DNA from: an archaeon | GTDB lineage: Archaea > Nanobdellota > Nanobdellia > Pacearchaeales > GW2011-AR1 | Reading direction: 5' to 3' | Length of the DNA: 54,434 nt | Assembly (NCBI GenBank): GCA_043815245.1 | Contig: JBDRJD010000044.1 | Span: forward strand, 1 to 54,434 | Shown here: in pieces, positions 28,213-37,737 of the stretch | Position numbering within the stretch: the first letter of the stretch is position 1 | Layout: every line of letters begins with the position of its first letter | Made by a program: the position numbers and the translations under genes | The notes under the pieces: model-generated | Seen by the model: only the letters and a program-made list of their open reading frames with translations | Told to the model about the DNA's origin: nothing | Databases searched by the model: none

Positions 28213-28599
28213 ATGACAAATTATGCTAGGTTTTATAGTAATACCTTGCCTGGAAAAAGAAGTGCTAGGACTTTTAATAATACTAATCAAAAAGGTCAGC
28301 TTATTGAATGTGTTCGTGATGATAATCTAGGTGTAAGGTTAGAGGATGTTGAGGGCGATGTTGTGAGATTGCAAGTTAATACTCGTGCTGTTGATTGGTA
28401 TAAAAGGGGGGAAGGATTTTCATCACCTAGAGATTATGTTAGTCACGTAGAGACTTGTTTAGGTGAGCATGGATTTTTCTCTGAGGGTGTTGAAATTCAA
28501 CCAGGAGAGAATGGGGTGTTTATTATCCAAGCTAAAAGAGGCCAGGGAATGAGATTATCTGAAAGATTAAGAACTAAAGGGGAAACTCAACCATGGTAA
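28213..28599 (+). CDS. Hypothetical protein inserted in the ribosomal operon
   Basis: ATG at 28213, 1 bp after the previous stop; overlaps the rpl24e start. Confidence 0.65.
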   Translation: MTNYARFYSNTLPGKRSARTFNNTNQKGQLIECVRDDNLGVRLEDVEGDVVRLQVNTRAVDWYKRGEGFSSPRDYVSHVETCLGEHGFFSEGVEIQPGENGVFIIQAKRGQGMRLSERLRTKGETQPW

Positions 28600-28778
28600 A
28601 ATGCACATTTTGTAAAAACGATTATGATGAGAATCATAAAGGAACTACTGTTGTAGATGTTTATGGCAAGGTAGCTCATTTTTGCTCTTCTAAATGCAGA
28701 AAAAATTCTGAGTTAGGTAGAGATGGAAGGAAGACTAATTGGGTGAGAAAAACCAAGAAGGAAAAAGAGAAAAAGTAA
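28593..28778 (+). CDS. rpl24e: 50S ribosomal protein L24e
   Basis: CTFC...G...V...G....FCSSKC.KN..LGR..RK.NW (TRASH domain). Confidence 0.92.
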   Translation: MVKCTFCKNDYDENHKGTTVVDVYGKVAHFCSSKCRKNSELGRDGRKTNWVRKTKKEKEKK

Positions 28779-28860
28779 AATATATTTTCTAATATATATT
28801 TTACATTATATATATTGGTAAGCGATTTAGGCCTTTATCGACGGTAAATTATCAGAAAGG

Positions 28861-28868
28861 TTTATAAA
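28861..28868 (+). promoter_or_regulatory. TATA box upstream of gyrB
   Basis: AGAAAGG-TTTATAAA. Confidence 0.6.
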
Positions 28869-28916
28869 GCTAGGTGTTTTTTAATAGGTAAGAAGTAGCT
28901 GAAGACTACTCTTTTT

Positions 28917-28985
28917 ATGTTAGAAATGCTAAGAGGCATTTCTGAGCATCCTAAAGTTCCGAAAGGAATTGGGGAACTTTTTGAT
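28917..28985 (+). mobile_element. AT-bounded double-hairpin repeat element, copy 2 (minimal form)
   Basis: ATGTTAGAAATGCT-AAGA-GGCATTTCTGAGCATCCTAAAGTTCC...GGAACTTTTTGAT. Confidence 0.7.
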
Positions 28986-29033
28986 CCAGCTAAATTAAAA
29001 AATCGTTATGATTGTTAGTGGAAATTATCTATA

Positions 29034-30917
29034 ATGGCAGCAGAGAATAAAAAATATGATGCAAGTGACATAAGCGTACTTGAAGGTCTAGAAGGAGTGA
29101 GGAAAAGGCCTGCGATGTATATTGGTAGCACTGGAAAAGAAGGCCTGCATCATTTAGTTTATGAGGCTGTGGATAACTCTGTTGATGAGTGTCTTGCTGG
29201 GATATGCACTAATATTAAGATTACAATCAGAAAAGATGGCAGTGTAGTTGTAGAGGATAATGGGAGAGGGATTCCTGTTGATATTCATCCTAAGTTTAAG
29301 GTACCTGCTGTAGAATTGGTTCTTTCTAAGCTTCATGCTGGTGGAAAGTTTGATAAGAAGGCTTATATGATTTCTGGAGGGTTGCATGGGGTGGGAATCA
29401 GTGTGGTTTCTGCTTTATCCAAAAAGTTTATTGTCGAAGTCAGAAAAGATGGTAAAGTACACAGTCAGGAGTTTTCAAGAGGTAAGAAAAAAAGTAATTT
29501 AAAAGTTATAGGTAAAACAGAAGAAACTGGAACAACGGTTACTTTTTGGCCTGATGATGAAATTTTTTCTATACTTAGCTTTGACTTTAATACACTTGCA
29601 ACCAGATTTAGAGAGATTGCATTTTTAAATGCTGGATTAAAGATTACTTTAAAAGATGAAACAAAAGATAAAAAAGAAGATTTCCAGTATCAGGGCGGGC
29701 TTGTTGAATTTGTTAAGTGGGTGAATAAGAATAAAGAAGCTCTTCACAAACCAATTTACTTTCAAAAGAAAGCTGATTCCGTGGTAGTTGATGTTTCTAT
29801 ACAGTATAATTCTAGCTATCAGGAAAATATTTTTGGGTTTGTTAATACAATTAATACTGTTGAGGGTGGGACGCATATTGTAGGATTTAAAACTGCCTTG
29901 ACTAGAGTAATTAATGATTATGCAAAGAAGAAAGGTATAATTAAATCTGGGAATCTTACAGGTGATGATGTTAGAGAGGGGCTTACTGCTATTGTAAGTG
30001 TTAAGATTCCTGAACCGCAGTTTGAAGGACAGACAAAAACTAAACTGGGAAATTCTGAAGTAAAGGGATATTTAGACTCAATTACTTCTTTGGCTTTATC
30101 TGAGTTTTTTGAGGAAAATCCGACAATAGCTAGGAAGATTGCTTTAAAGGCAGGTGATGCTGCCAAGGCCAGAGATGCGGCAAAAAAAGCTAAAGATCTT
30201 GTTAGGAGGAAAAGTGCATTTGGTTTATCTGGACTGCCTGGAAAGCTTGCAGATTGCTCAAAAAAGAAGGCTGATGATACTGAGTTATATATTGTAGAGG
30301 GAGAATCTGCTGCTGGTTCCTCTAAAATGGCAAGAAATAAGGAATTCCAGGCTATTTTGCCACTAAAGGGAAAAATCTTAAATGTTGAAAAATCAAACCC
30401 TGCAAAGGTTTTTGGAAATGAGGAAATAAGTAATTTAATTACTGCTATTGGAACAGGTGTTGGAGAGCAGTTTGATTTGACTAAGATTAGATATAATAAA
30501 ATTATAATTATGACAGATGCGGATGTTGATGGACAGCATATTAAGACTTTGCTTTTAACTTTCTTTTTTAGATTTATGCCTAAGATAATTGAGTCTGGTA
30601 ATGTGTATGTTGCTGTTCCGCCTTTATTTAAAGTGAGGAAGAAAAAAGACCATTATGTTTATTCAGAGTCAGCTTTGAAGAGAGTGTTAGATAAATTAGG
30701 AACTGCTAATGTTACTAGATTTAAAGGTCTTGGGGAGATGAACCCCCAGCAGTTATGGGACACTACTATGAACCCAAATTCTAGAACTTTAAAAAGAGTC
30801 AATATCGAGGATGCTGTTGAAGCTGACAGGATATTTAGTATTTTAATGGGAGACGATGTTGCTCCTAGGAAGCAGTTCATTATAGAGCATGCTCATGAGG
30901 CACTAGTGGATATTTAA
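29034..30917 (+). CDS. gyrB: DNA gyrase subunit B
   Basis: EGLEGVRKRPAMYIG, EAVDNSVDE, DNGRGIP, GGLHGVG, PGKLADC, VEGESA, PLKGKILNV, MTDADVDG and FKGLGEMN. Confidence 0.97.
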   Translation: MAAENKKYDASDISVLEGLEGVRKRPAMYIGSTGKEGLHHLVYEAVDNSVDECLAGICTNIKITIRKDGSVVVEDNGRGIPVDIHPKFKVPAVELVLSKLHAGGKFDKKAYMISGGLHGVGISVVSALSKKFIVEVRKDGKVHSQEFSRGKKKSNLKVIGKTEETGTTVTFWPDDEIFSILSFDFNTLATRFREIAFLNAGLKITLKDETKDKKEDFQYQGGLVEFVKWVNKNKEALHKPIYFQKKADSVVVDVSIQYNSSYQENIFGFVNTINTVEGGTHIVGFKTALTRVINDYAKKKGIIKSGNLTGDDVREGLTAIVSVKIPEPQFEGQTKTKLGNSEVKGYLDSITSLALSEFFEENPTIARKIALKAGDAAKARDAAKKAKDLVRRKSAFGLSGLPGKLADCSKKKADDTELYIVEGESAAGSSKMARNKEFQAILPLKGKILNVEKSNPAKVFGNEEISNLITAIGTGVGEQFDLTKIRYNKIIIMTDADVDGQHIKTLLLTFFFRFMPKIIESGNVYVAVPPLFKVRKKKDHYVYSESALKRVLDKLGTANVTRFKGLGEMNPQQLWDTTMNPNSRTLKRVNIEDAVEADRIFSILMGDDVAPRKQFIIEHAHEALVDI

Positions 30918-30918
30918 A

Positions 30919-31536
30919 ATGGTAAGTAAAACGATAAAAGCAATAATTTTTGATATGCAAGAAGTTATTTATAAAGGCAGTCTTGGAAAGGCTTTTGCCT
31001 GTAAATTATCTGATAAGTATAATATTCCTTTTGATAAAATACGCAAAGTTTATGCAGAAACATTTGACGGTTATATGACAGGAAAAGAGTCAGAACATGA
31101 TTTTCTTAAAAAATTTGTATCAAAGCTAGGAATAACCTTTAATTATAAATTATTATCTGGATTGTTTTTAAGTGCATTTGAGGAGGTTTGTTCCCCAGAT
31201 AAAGAGATTATTGATTTGATTAAAAATTTGCATGGCAAATATGATTTATTCATTGCTTCAGATCATTATAAAGAACCAATAGAATTTATGCACAATAAAT
31301 ACGATATTGGTAAGTACTTTAAGGGTATGCTTTTCTCTTATCAATTAGGGTATAGAAAGACTTCAGAAAGATTTTTTGACAAAATCCTTGAAAACTATGC
31401 TCCTGGAGAATGTGTGTTTATTGATGATACAGAAAGATATATAGATCTAGGTAACAAAATAGGATTTCACTCAATTTTATTTAAAAATAATAATCAGTTA
31501 ATCAGAGAACTAAATAAATTGGGCATAAAAAAATGA
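30919..31536 (+). CDS. HAD-superfamily hydrolase
   Basis: AIIFDM, IASD, G.RK and CVFIDD. Confidence 0.85.
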   Translation: MVSKTIKAIIFDMQEVIYKGSLGKAFACKLSDKYNIPFDKIRKVYAETFDGYMTGKESEHDFLKKFVSKLGITFNYKLLSGLFLSAFEEVCSPDKEIIDLIKNLHGKYDLFIASDHYKEPIEFMHNKYDIGKYFKGMLFSYQLGYRKTSERFFDKILENYAPGECVFIDDTERYIDLGNKIGFHSILFKNNNQLIRELNKLGIKK

Positions 31537-34040
31537 CACCTAAGAAATCAGAAGAAAACGGAATTGAAAAAGATATAGAAGCTGAAGCGAAGAAAGAAAT
31601 TCAGAAAGATAGCATTGATGTGAAAGGTAAGAAGATAATTGGGGCTGAGATTACCGAGGAGATGCAGAAAGCTTATATTGATTATGCCATGTCTGTTATT
31701 GTTTCTAGAGCTCTTCCAAGTGTTGAAGATGGGCTGAAACCTGTTCAAAGAAGGATTCTTTATTCTATGAACTTAATGGGGATTAAACCTGGGACACAGA
31801 CTAAGAAGAGTGCAAGAATAGTTGGCGATGTAATTGGTCGATTGCATCCTCATGGAGATTCAGCTGTTTATGATGCTTTAGTAAGAATGGCACAAGATTT
31901 CTCTTTAAGATATCCTCTGATATATGGGCAGGGAAATTTTGGTAGTCTGGACGGAGATCCTCCTGCTGCATATCGTTATACTGAAGCAAGATTAATGCCA
32001 ATTTCCATGGAGTTACTGGAGGATATTGAGAAAGATACGGTGAAATTGCTTCCTAATTTTGATAATTCTTTGAAAGAGCCTGAGACTCTTCCTGCTAAAC
32101 TGCCTCTGCTGCTTTTGAATGGAGCTACTGGAATTGCTGTAGGGATGGCTACAAATATCCCCCCACATAATTTAACTGAGATTTGCGATGCAATTATCAA
32201 ACTGATTGAAAAACCGGATGTTCAGATTGAGAAATTAATGGAAATTGTTCAAGCGCCTGATTTTCCTACAGGCGGATATGTTAGCGGGGACTTTGAAGAG
32301 CTGTATAAAAATGGGAAGGGGAGCATGACTATGAGGGGGAAGGCAGCTATTGAAGTATTGAAGAAAAAAGATGCGATTGTTATTACCGAGATTCCTTACA
32401 TGGTTAATAAGGCCACTTTAATTGAGGAGATTGCTAAGCTTGTTCAAATTAAGAAGCTTCCTGATGTTTCGGATTTAAGAGATGAGTCTTCTAAAGGTAA
32501 AGTGAGAATAGTTATTGAGTTAAGGAAGGGGGCTGATTCTAAATTTACATTAAATAGGTTATACAAGTTTACAAAACTACAGAGTAGGTTTGATGCTAAT
32601 ATGCTTGCTTTAGTTGGAGGCAAGCCTCAAGTTCTTGGTTTGAAAAAGATTCTTGAAGAATATATTAAGTATAGGAAAATTGTGGTTACAAGAAGGACTA
32701 AGTTTGAACTGAAGAAAGCAGAGGATAGATTAGAGATTGTTAAGGGATTGTTAATTGCTCTGAAAGATATTAATGAGGTGATTAGCACGATCAGAAAGTC
32801 CCCGAATACAACTGCTGCTTTGGAGAGTTTAATCAAGAGGTTTAAGCTAAGCAGAAGACAGGCCCAGGCTATTTTAGATATGAAGCTGTCTTCTTTAACA
32901 GCTTTAGAGCAGGATAAATTAAAGAAAGAAGAAAAAGATTTAGAGCAACTGATTAATGAGCTTCAGAAAATATTATCTTCAGATAGCGAGATTCTTAATG
33001 TTATCAGAAAGGAAGTTTTAGAATTAAAGAGAAAGTATGGTGATACGAGGAAGACTTATGTGCTGCAGCGAGTTAAAGAGTTAAGTGAAAAGGATTTAGT
33101 GCAGAAGAAAGATGTGGTTGTTACTATTACTGATAAAGGTTATTGCAAGAGAATTGATTTAAAGACTTATAAGGAGCAGAAGAGAGGTGGAAGGGGTGTT
33201 ATAGGGAGTGATTTGGCTACAGGGGATTTTGTTAAGCAACTAATAACTTGTTCAACCCATGACTATTTGTTATTGTTTACTTCTAAGGGAAAAGTATACT
33301 GGATGAAAGCTTATCAGCTGCCTGCTGCAGAGAGATATTCAAAAGGAAAGGCTTTGATTAATCTTGTAAATTTGAAAGATGAAACAATTCAGAGTGTTAT
33401 TCCAGTGAGTAAATTTGAGGATTTTGTAATTTTAGTTACTAAGAGGGGAGTTATTAAGAAGATGAAACTTGAAGACTTTTCAAATCCAAGAAGCACCGGA
33501 GTGAAGGCTATCAATCTTCCTGCTGATGGGAGCGATGATTTGAATGATGTTAAGGTGATTAAGGAAGGTGAGGAGATATTACTTATTTCCAAGGGGGGGC
33601 AGGCTATTAGGTTTAATAGCAAGGAAGTTAGGGCCATGGGAAGAGCTTCTTATGGTGTTACTGGAATTAAGCTTGGAAAAGGAGATGCAGTTGTAAGCTC
33701 TGAAGTACTGCCTAGTGAGAAATCAAAAGAAACAATCTTAACTATAACTGAAAAGGGATATGGTAAAAGATCTGCTGTAGGAGACTATAGGTTGACAGGA
33801 AGGGCCGGAAAAGGGGTGATAAACATTAAAGTTGGAGATAGAAATGGGCCTGTGATTACTACTGCTTGTGTAAATGATAGTGACTCTGCGATTGTTACTA
33901 CAGCCAAAGGAATGGTTATTAGGACTCCTGTAAAGAACTTGAGAGTTATGGGGAGAGCTACTCAAGGAGTTAGGATAGTTAAGTTGCAGCAAGGAGATAG
34001 AGTCACTGATTTAGTTAAGGTTCAGGAAGCTGCTCCGTAA
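31533..34040 (+). CDS. gyrA: DNA gyrase subunit A
   Basis: [33 protein letters not shown] (catalytic Tyr), GyrA-box QKRGGRG and beta-pinwheel repeats. Confidence 0.97.
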   Translation: MTPKKSEENGIEKDIEAEAKKEIQKDSIDVKGKKIIGAEITEEMQKAYIDYAMSVIVSRALPSVEDGLKPVQRRILYSMNLMGIKPGTQTKKSARIVGDVIGRLHPHGDSAVYDALVRMAQDFSLRYPLIYGQGNFGSLDGDPPAAYRYTEARLMPISMELLEDIEKDTVKLLPNFDNSLKEPETLPAKLPLLLLNGATGIAVGMATNIPPHNLTEICDAIIKLIEKPDVQIEKLMEIVQAPDFPTGGYVSGDFEELYKNGKGSMTMRGKAAIEVLKKKDAIVITEIPYMVNKATLIEEIAKLVQIKKLPDVSDLRDESSKGKVRIVIELRKGADSKFTLNRLYKFTKLQSRFDANMLALVGGKPQVLGLKKILEEYIKYRKIVVTRRTKFELKKAEDRLEIVKGLLIALKDINEVISTIRKSPNTTAALESLIKRFKLSRRQAQAILDMKLSSLTALEQDKLKKEEKDLEQLINELQKILSSDSEILNVIRKEVLELKRKYGDTRKTYVLQRVKELSEKDLVQKKDVVVTITDKGYCKRIDLKTYKEQKRGGRGVIGSDLATGDFVKQLITCSTHDYLLLFTSKGKVYWMKAYQLPAAERYSKGKALINLVNLKDETIQSVIPVSKFEDFVILVTKRGVIKKMKLEDFSNPRSTGVKAINLPADGSDDLNDVKVIKEGEEILLISKGGQAIRFNSKEVRAMGRASYGVTGIKLGKGDAVVSSEVLPSEKSKETILTITEKGYGKRSAVGDYRLTGRAGKGVINIKVGDRNGPVITTACVNDSDSAIVTTAKGMVIRTPVKNLRVMGRATQGVRIVKLQQGDRVTDLVKVQEAAP

Positions 34041-34381
34041 ATTACGCTTAGAATTATTATTTCTACTAATCCAAAGAAAAAGTATAAATTGAGTATAGCT
34101 TGGTAGTCTTTTAATAATATTGCGAGGTTAATTAGTAAGGCGAGCAAGGCAAAGAAGATTCCTATCTTGAGAGATTCTTTTAATCTGTTTTCTGAGCTGG
34201 ATTTTTTAAAGTAAAAGTGATTTGCTATTAAGATAAGTATGGCTAAGCTTGAGTAGGCTAAGCCGTAGTAGATAAGTCCGCTTATCACTCCTTGTATAAA
34301 ATAAGGAATAAGGAAGGAGTTAAATAGGGTGAATAAGATTGTGCCTATTATTCCGATTATTAAACCTCTTTTCCAATTCAT
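34022..34381 (-). CDS. 4-TM membrane protein, paralog of the upstream gene
   Basis: Hydrophobic; N.KR...IG, YF, KE.L..G and KDY.A shared with 34492..34881. Confidence 0.7.
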   Translation of the reverse strand: MNWKRGLIIGIIGTILFTLFNSFLIPYFIQGVISGLIYYGLAYSSLAILILIANHFYFKKSSSENRLKESLKIGIFFALLALLINLAILLKDYQAILNLYFFFGLVEIIILSVIYGAAS

Positions 34382-34405
34382 TTTTATGCCTATTTTTTCT
34401 TTATT

Positions 34406-34524
34406 ATGTCAGAAATGCTAAGCGAAAACCACATCCTTTAGGATGTGGATGAGCATTTCTGAGCATCCTAAAGTTTCACAAACCACACCTTTTAAGGTGT
34501 GGTAACACTCAGAAACTTTTTGAT
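34406..34524 (+). mobile_element. AT-bounded double-hairpin repeat element, copy 3 (inserted in the 3' end of a gene)
   Basis: ATGTCAGAAATGCT...AGCATTTCTGAGCATCCTAAAGTTTC...GAAACTTTTTGAT with inner hairpins CCACATCC-TTTA-GGATGTGG and ACCACACCTT-TT-AAGGTGTGGT. Confidence 0.75.
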
Positions 34525-34881
34525 ACCTATTAGAGTCACAGTAATTATGCCTAGCAAGATTCCTATCCATAAGTATAGGTCTCCGAAAAAAGCCGTGTAA
34601 TCTTTTACAAAAAGTGGCACAGTTATTATCAGGTCTAAGATAATCCCTGTCAGGGCCATTATTAATCCTAGTAAAAGCCCTTCTTTTGCTCCTGCCTTTA
34701 CTTTTCCTCTAAAATAAATTAAGGAGGCAATTGCTACTAGAATTACTGAAAGTATATAGTGAACAATGTAGTAAAGAGTTCCTGATTCTAATCCTAATCC
34801 AAACATTAGGATTGATACTTCAAAGAATATCAGAACCCAAAACAATGCTCCAATAAGTACCGCTCTTTTTAAGTTTACCAT
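34492..34881 (-). CDS. 4-TM membrane protein; last residues encoded by the inserted element
   Basis: Hydrophobic 129 aa; the terminal KKFLSVTTP lies inside element copy 3. Confidence 0.75.
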   Translation of the reverse strand: MVNLKRAVLIGALFWVLIFFEVSILMFGLGLESGTLYYIVHYILSVILVAIASLIYFRGKVKAGAKEGLLLGLIMALTGIILDLIITVPLFVKDYTAFFGDLYLWIGILLGIITVTLIGIKKFLSVTTP

Positions 34882-34905
34882 CTTAACTTGAAGTAAAGCT
34901 AGTTT

Positions 34906-36009
34906 TTAAATTTTCTTAGCAATCCCTATATCTGCATTTACCTCTATTAGATCATTATCTTTGAAAACCTCGGTAGCATACTTTGTGCCTACAATACATG
35001 GAATTCCAAATTCGCGTGAAATTACCGCTGCGTGGGACATCATTCCCCCCTCATCAGTCACAATTGCAGCTGCTTTTTTAATAGCTGTCATTAAATCAGG
35101 ACCTGTTGTATCTGACACTAGGATGTCCCCTTTTTCCATTTTATTGAGATATTTTTCTGGAGTTTGGGAGGTGGGGATAATTTTGACTCTTCCTTTTACT
35201 ACTCCTTTGCATGCAGAGGTTCCAATTACCTGGTTTTTTGGTATGTCTTTGTCCAATAGCCTAATTTTTTTATAAGCTTCACCCCCAGAAATTATGTTTA
35301 GGTTGTTTTTGTCAAAGGTGATATATGAATATACTTGCCTTTCAGAAACATCTTTAACTTCTTTTCCTAATAGCAGCCTTGTTATCTCTTCAACAGTCAT
35401 TGAGTGGGCGTCTACTCTCTTTGTCCTTTTGATTGATTCTTGTAATGACTGGATAAACAAAGAATTCTCTCCCAAGGCTACCTCTGTAATCATCTCTCTA
35501 AACTTTAGCTTTAAATGCTGCATATTAATCAGATAGTCGGCAAGTTTTCTATATTCTGGAGGCCAGGTAGTTAAATCCGCCTCTCCTGAAAGCACTTCAT
35601 CAAATGAGTGTTTATCCTCAATATATTCCTGAACTACTTTTTCAATTTTTGCAAAATAAATAAACTCAGTTTCTTTGTATGTATTAAAGAAATCTGAAAA
35701 GAGAAGCTTAAATTCTATTAGAAATGTTATGAAATTTTTGTTATCAAGTTCTTTTATTTTAATTTTCTTGATTTTTTTTATTTTCTCTAGAAAAATCGGG
35801 TATTTTGATTCTTGTTCCCTGTACTTGTCTTCTGAAAGGGCAAATTCATAACCTGCTTGAGCTATTTTGCGGAGATTTTCCTCAGACATGAGAAATTCCC
35901 ACTTACCATTTTTGATTGTTACAATGGGATAAAATGTACTGTATGCTGGAACAAGCATATCAGTCATAAAAACATTAGATTCAGGGAGTTTGAAGATTAA
36001 TTCATACAT
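34906..36009 (-). CDS. Protein with a C-terminal PEP-utilising phospho-His (swivelling) domain
   Basis: GTSACKG.VKG.VKI, GDILV..TT.P and TDEGGMMSHAAVISREFGIPCIVGT. Confidence 0.88.
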   Translation of the reverse strand: MYELIFKLPESNVFMTDMLVPAYSTFYPIVTIKNGKWEFLMSEENLRKIAQAGYEFALSEDKYREQESKYPIFLEKIKKIKKIKIKELDNKNFITFLIEFKLLFSDFFNTYKETEFIYFAKIEKVVQEYIEDKHSFDEVLSGEADLTTWPPEYRKLADYLINMQHLKLKFREMITEVALGENSLFIQSLQESIKRTKRVDAHSMTVEEITRLLLGKEVKDVSERQVYSYITFDKNNLNIISGGEAYKKIRLLDKDIPKNQVIGTSACKGVVKGRVKIIPTSQTPEKYLNKMEKGDILVSDTTGPDLMTAIKKAAAIVTDEGGMMSHAAVISREFGIPCIVGTKYATEVFKDNDLIEVNADIGIAKKI

Positions 36010-36012
36010 TTT

Positions 36013-37206
36013 TTACAAGACTAATTCACCGAAACCGATTAGTCTCCAGTGACCTTTAATATTTCTGGCTATGCCTACATTTTCACCTTCAAAAGGAACT
36101 ACCGGGATTCTCAATGATATTTCGAATTCGTTTTCTCTTACTGAAAGAACATTTCCAACTGTAATTGCTGTATTTATACTCAAAAGTAGAGTTTCGTTTG
36201 TTTTGAGATTGTCAACTAAACCTTTTTCAACCATGCCCATTACTTCTTTGAATAATTTAAATCTTACTTTTATTTTGGAAGTAATTTCTGAAAGTTCTCC
36301 TTGTAATGAGGCCACACAACCTGCAAGACTATCTGCTTTTGTTAGCGAAGGGTCTAATGAGGTTTCAATTGCAAGGCTTCCGCCAGGAGTTGCTTCTTTT
36401 ATTAAATATTTTCCTCGTTGAAGGCTGGTAATTTTAGTTTTGACTGTTTCGTACTTAACTTGATTTTGCTCTTTGAAGTTAATTCCCGGCTTTATTTCTA
36501 TTTCATCACCTATTTTAAGTGTGCCTCTTTTTAGTGCTCCTCCAAGTACCCCTCCCCTTATCTTATCTACTGAAGTTCCGGGTTTATTTATATCAAAACT
36601 TCTCGCAACTACAAAACAAGGTTTATCTTTTAGGTTTTTTTCTGGAATCTTTATTTTTGTTAGTTCTTCGAGAATTTTGTCTATATTTACTCCTTGTTGT
36701 GCTGAGATAGGAATTATTGGAGATGATTCTGCATTTGTGCCCTTGACAAATGCTTTTATGGCCTCATAACTCTTCATTGCTTGTTCTTTTGTTACAAGGT
36801 CTATTTTGTTTTGCACTATTAGGATTTTGTCTATGTTTTTTGCACCTAGGGCAGTGAGATGTTCACGTGTTTGTGGTTTGATTCCTTCATTTGCAGCTAT
36901 TACAAGGATTGCTGCGTCCATTATTGCAGCTCCTGAAAGCATAGTGGCCATTAGCATTTCATGCCCTGGAGCGTCCACAAAAGTTACGTATCTTACTGGT
37001 GTGCCTTTTTCTGTATTGAATACAGTGCCCTCCTTCTTGATTATGACGTCTGCATAACCTAGTTTTATGGTTATCCCACGCTTTAGTTCTTCTGAATGGG
37101 TGTCTGTCCACATTCCGCTTAATCTCTGAACTAAAGTTGTTTTTCCGTGGTCTATGTGGCCCACTATGCCTACATTTAATACTTCTAATTTAGAAATGTC
37201 TTCCAT
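36013..37206 (-). CDS. eif2g: Translation initiation factor aIF2 gamma subunit
   Basis: NVGIVGHIDHGKTT, EELKRGITIKLGYAD, DAPGHE.LMATMLSGAA, QNKID, RSFDINKPG and WRLIG.G. Confidence 0.96.
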   Translation of the reverse strand: MEDISKLEVLNVGIVGHIDHGKTTLVQRLSGMWTDTHSEELKRGITIKLGYADVIIKKEGTVFNTEKGTPVRYVTFVDAPGHEMLMATMLSGAAIMDAAILVIAANEGIKPQTREHLTALGAKNIDKILIVQNKIDLVTKEQAMKSYEAIKAFVKGTNAESSPIIPISAQQGVNIDKILEELTKIKIPEKNLKDKPCFVVARSFDINKPGTSVDKIRGGVLGGALKRGTLKIGDEIEIKPGINFKEQNQVKYETVKTKITSLQRGKYLIKEATPGGSLAIETSLDPSLTKADSLAGCVASLQGELSEITSKIKVRFKLFKEVMGMVEKGLVDNLKTNETLLLSINTAITVGNVLSVRENEFEISLRIPVVPFEGENVGIARNIKGHWRLIGFGELVL

Positions 37207-37230
37207 GAATATGAGTATGAGAAGGAGTTT

Positions 37231-37728
37231 TTAAAGTTTGTTAGGAGTGGGAAATACGATATATTGTCTTTCTCCTGATTCTAAAAGATACCAGGACTCT
37301 CTGTCATATGTTCTTGTTCCCATCTCGCTTATTTCCTGTTCTCTTTGCCTTGTAATTGGAAGCAAAGCGATTTCTTCAAATATTTGCTCTAATTCTCTTA
37401 ATCTTGATTCATTTTTTGCTATTAATGGTAGTGCTTCATTGTATCCGTATTCTAAAATTGTTCCAACTTCTGCTGGATGGCCATTTAGGATAATTGGGTT
37501 AGGGATTGCAGTTACAAGTGTTTGTGCTTCTTTAATTGGGTCAGGGTTTTTGTTTTGATCTCTTTTAGACAAAACTGGAACAAACCAATTTTCTCCAAAT
37601 ATAAAGCTTAGATGGGGGAATGGTTTTTTTGTTGAGGCTGAATAATTTACCGCGCATTTTATAGTATAACCTGCCATTACGCCTCTAAATGCTTTCATAG
37701 AATTGCCTGAATTTTTTGCTGGATCCAT
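37231..37728 (-). CDS. Hypothetical protein
   Basis: 165-aa ORF co-oriented between rps6e and eif2g. Confidence 0.65.
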   Translation of the reverse strand: MDPAKNSGNSMKAFRGVMAGYTIKCAVNYSASTKKPFPHLSFIFGENWFVPVLSKRDQNKNPDPIKEAQTLVTAIPNPIILNGHPAEVGTILEYGYNEALPLIAKNESRLRELEQIFEEIALLPITRQREQEISEMGTRTYDRESWYLLESGERQYIVFPTPNKL

Positions 37729-37737
37729 TTTAATTAT

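Noticed and set aside
28779-28818. AT-rich quasi-palindromic tract as a replication origin
   Set aside because: No ORB-like repeats or adjacent cdc6/orc1; more simply a terminator or spacer after rpl24e.
29034-34040. Inteins in gyrase, or a topoisomerase IV assignment
   Set aside because: Lengths are normal with no intein motifs, and the GyrA-box supports gyrase.
34406-34524. Element as a BHB-spliced mRNA intron or C/D box sRNA
   Set aside because: No bulge-helix-bulge can be formed at the junctions. CTGA and TGAT words occur, but not as an ordered RUGAUGA...CUGA pair.
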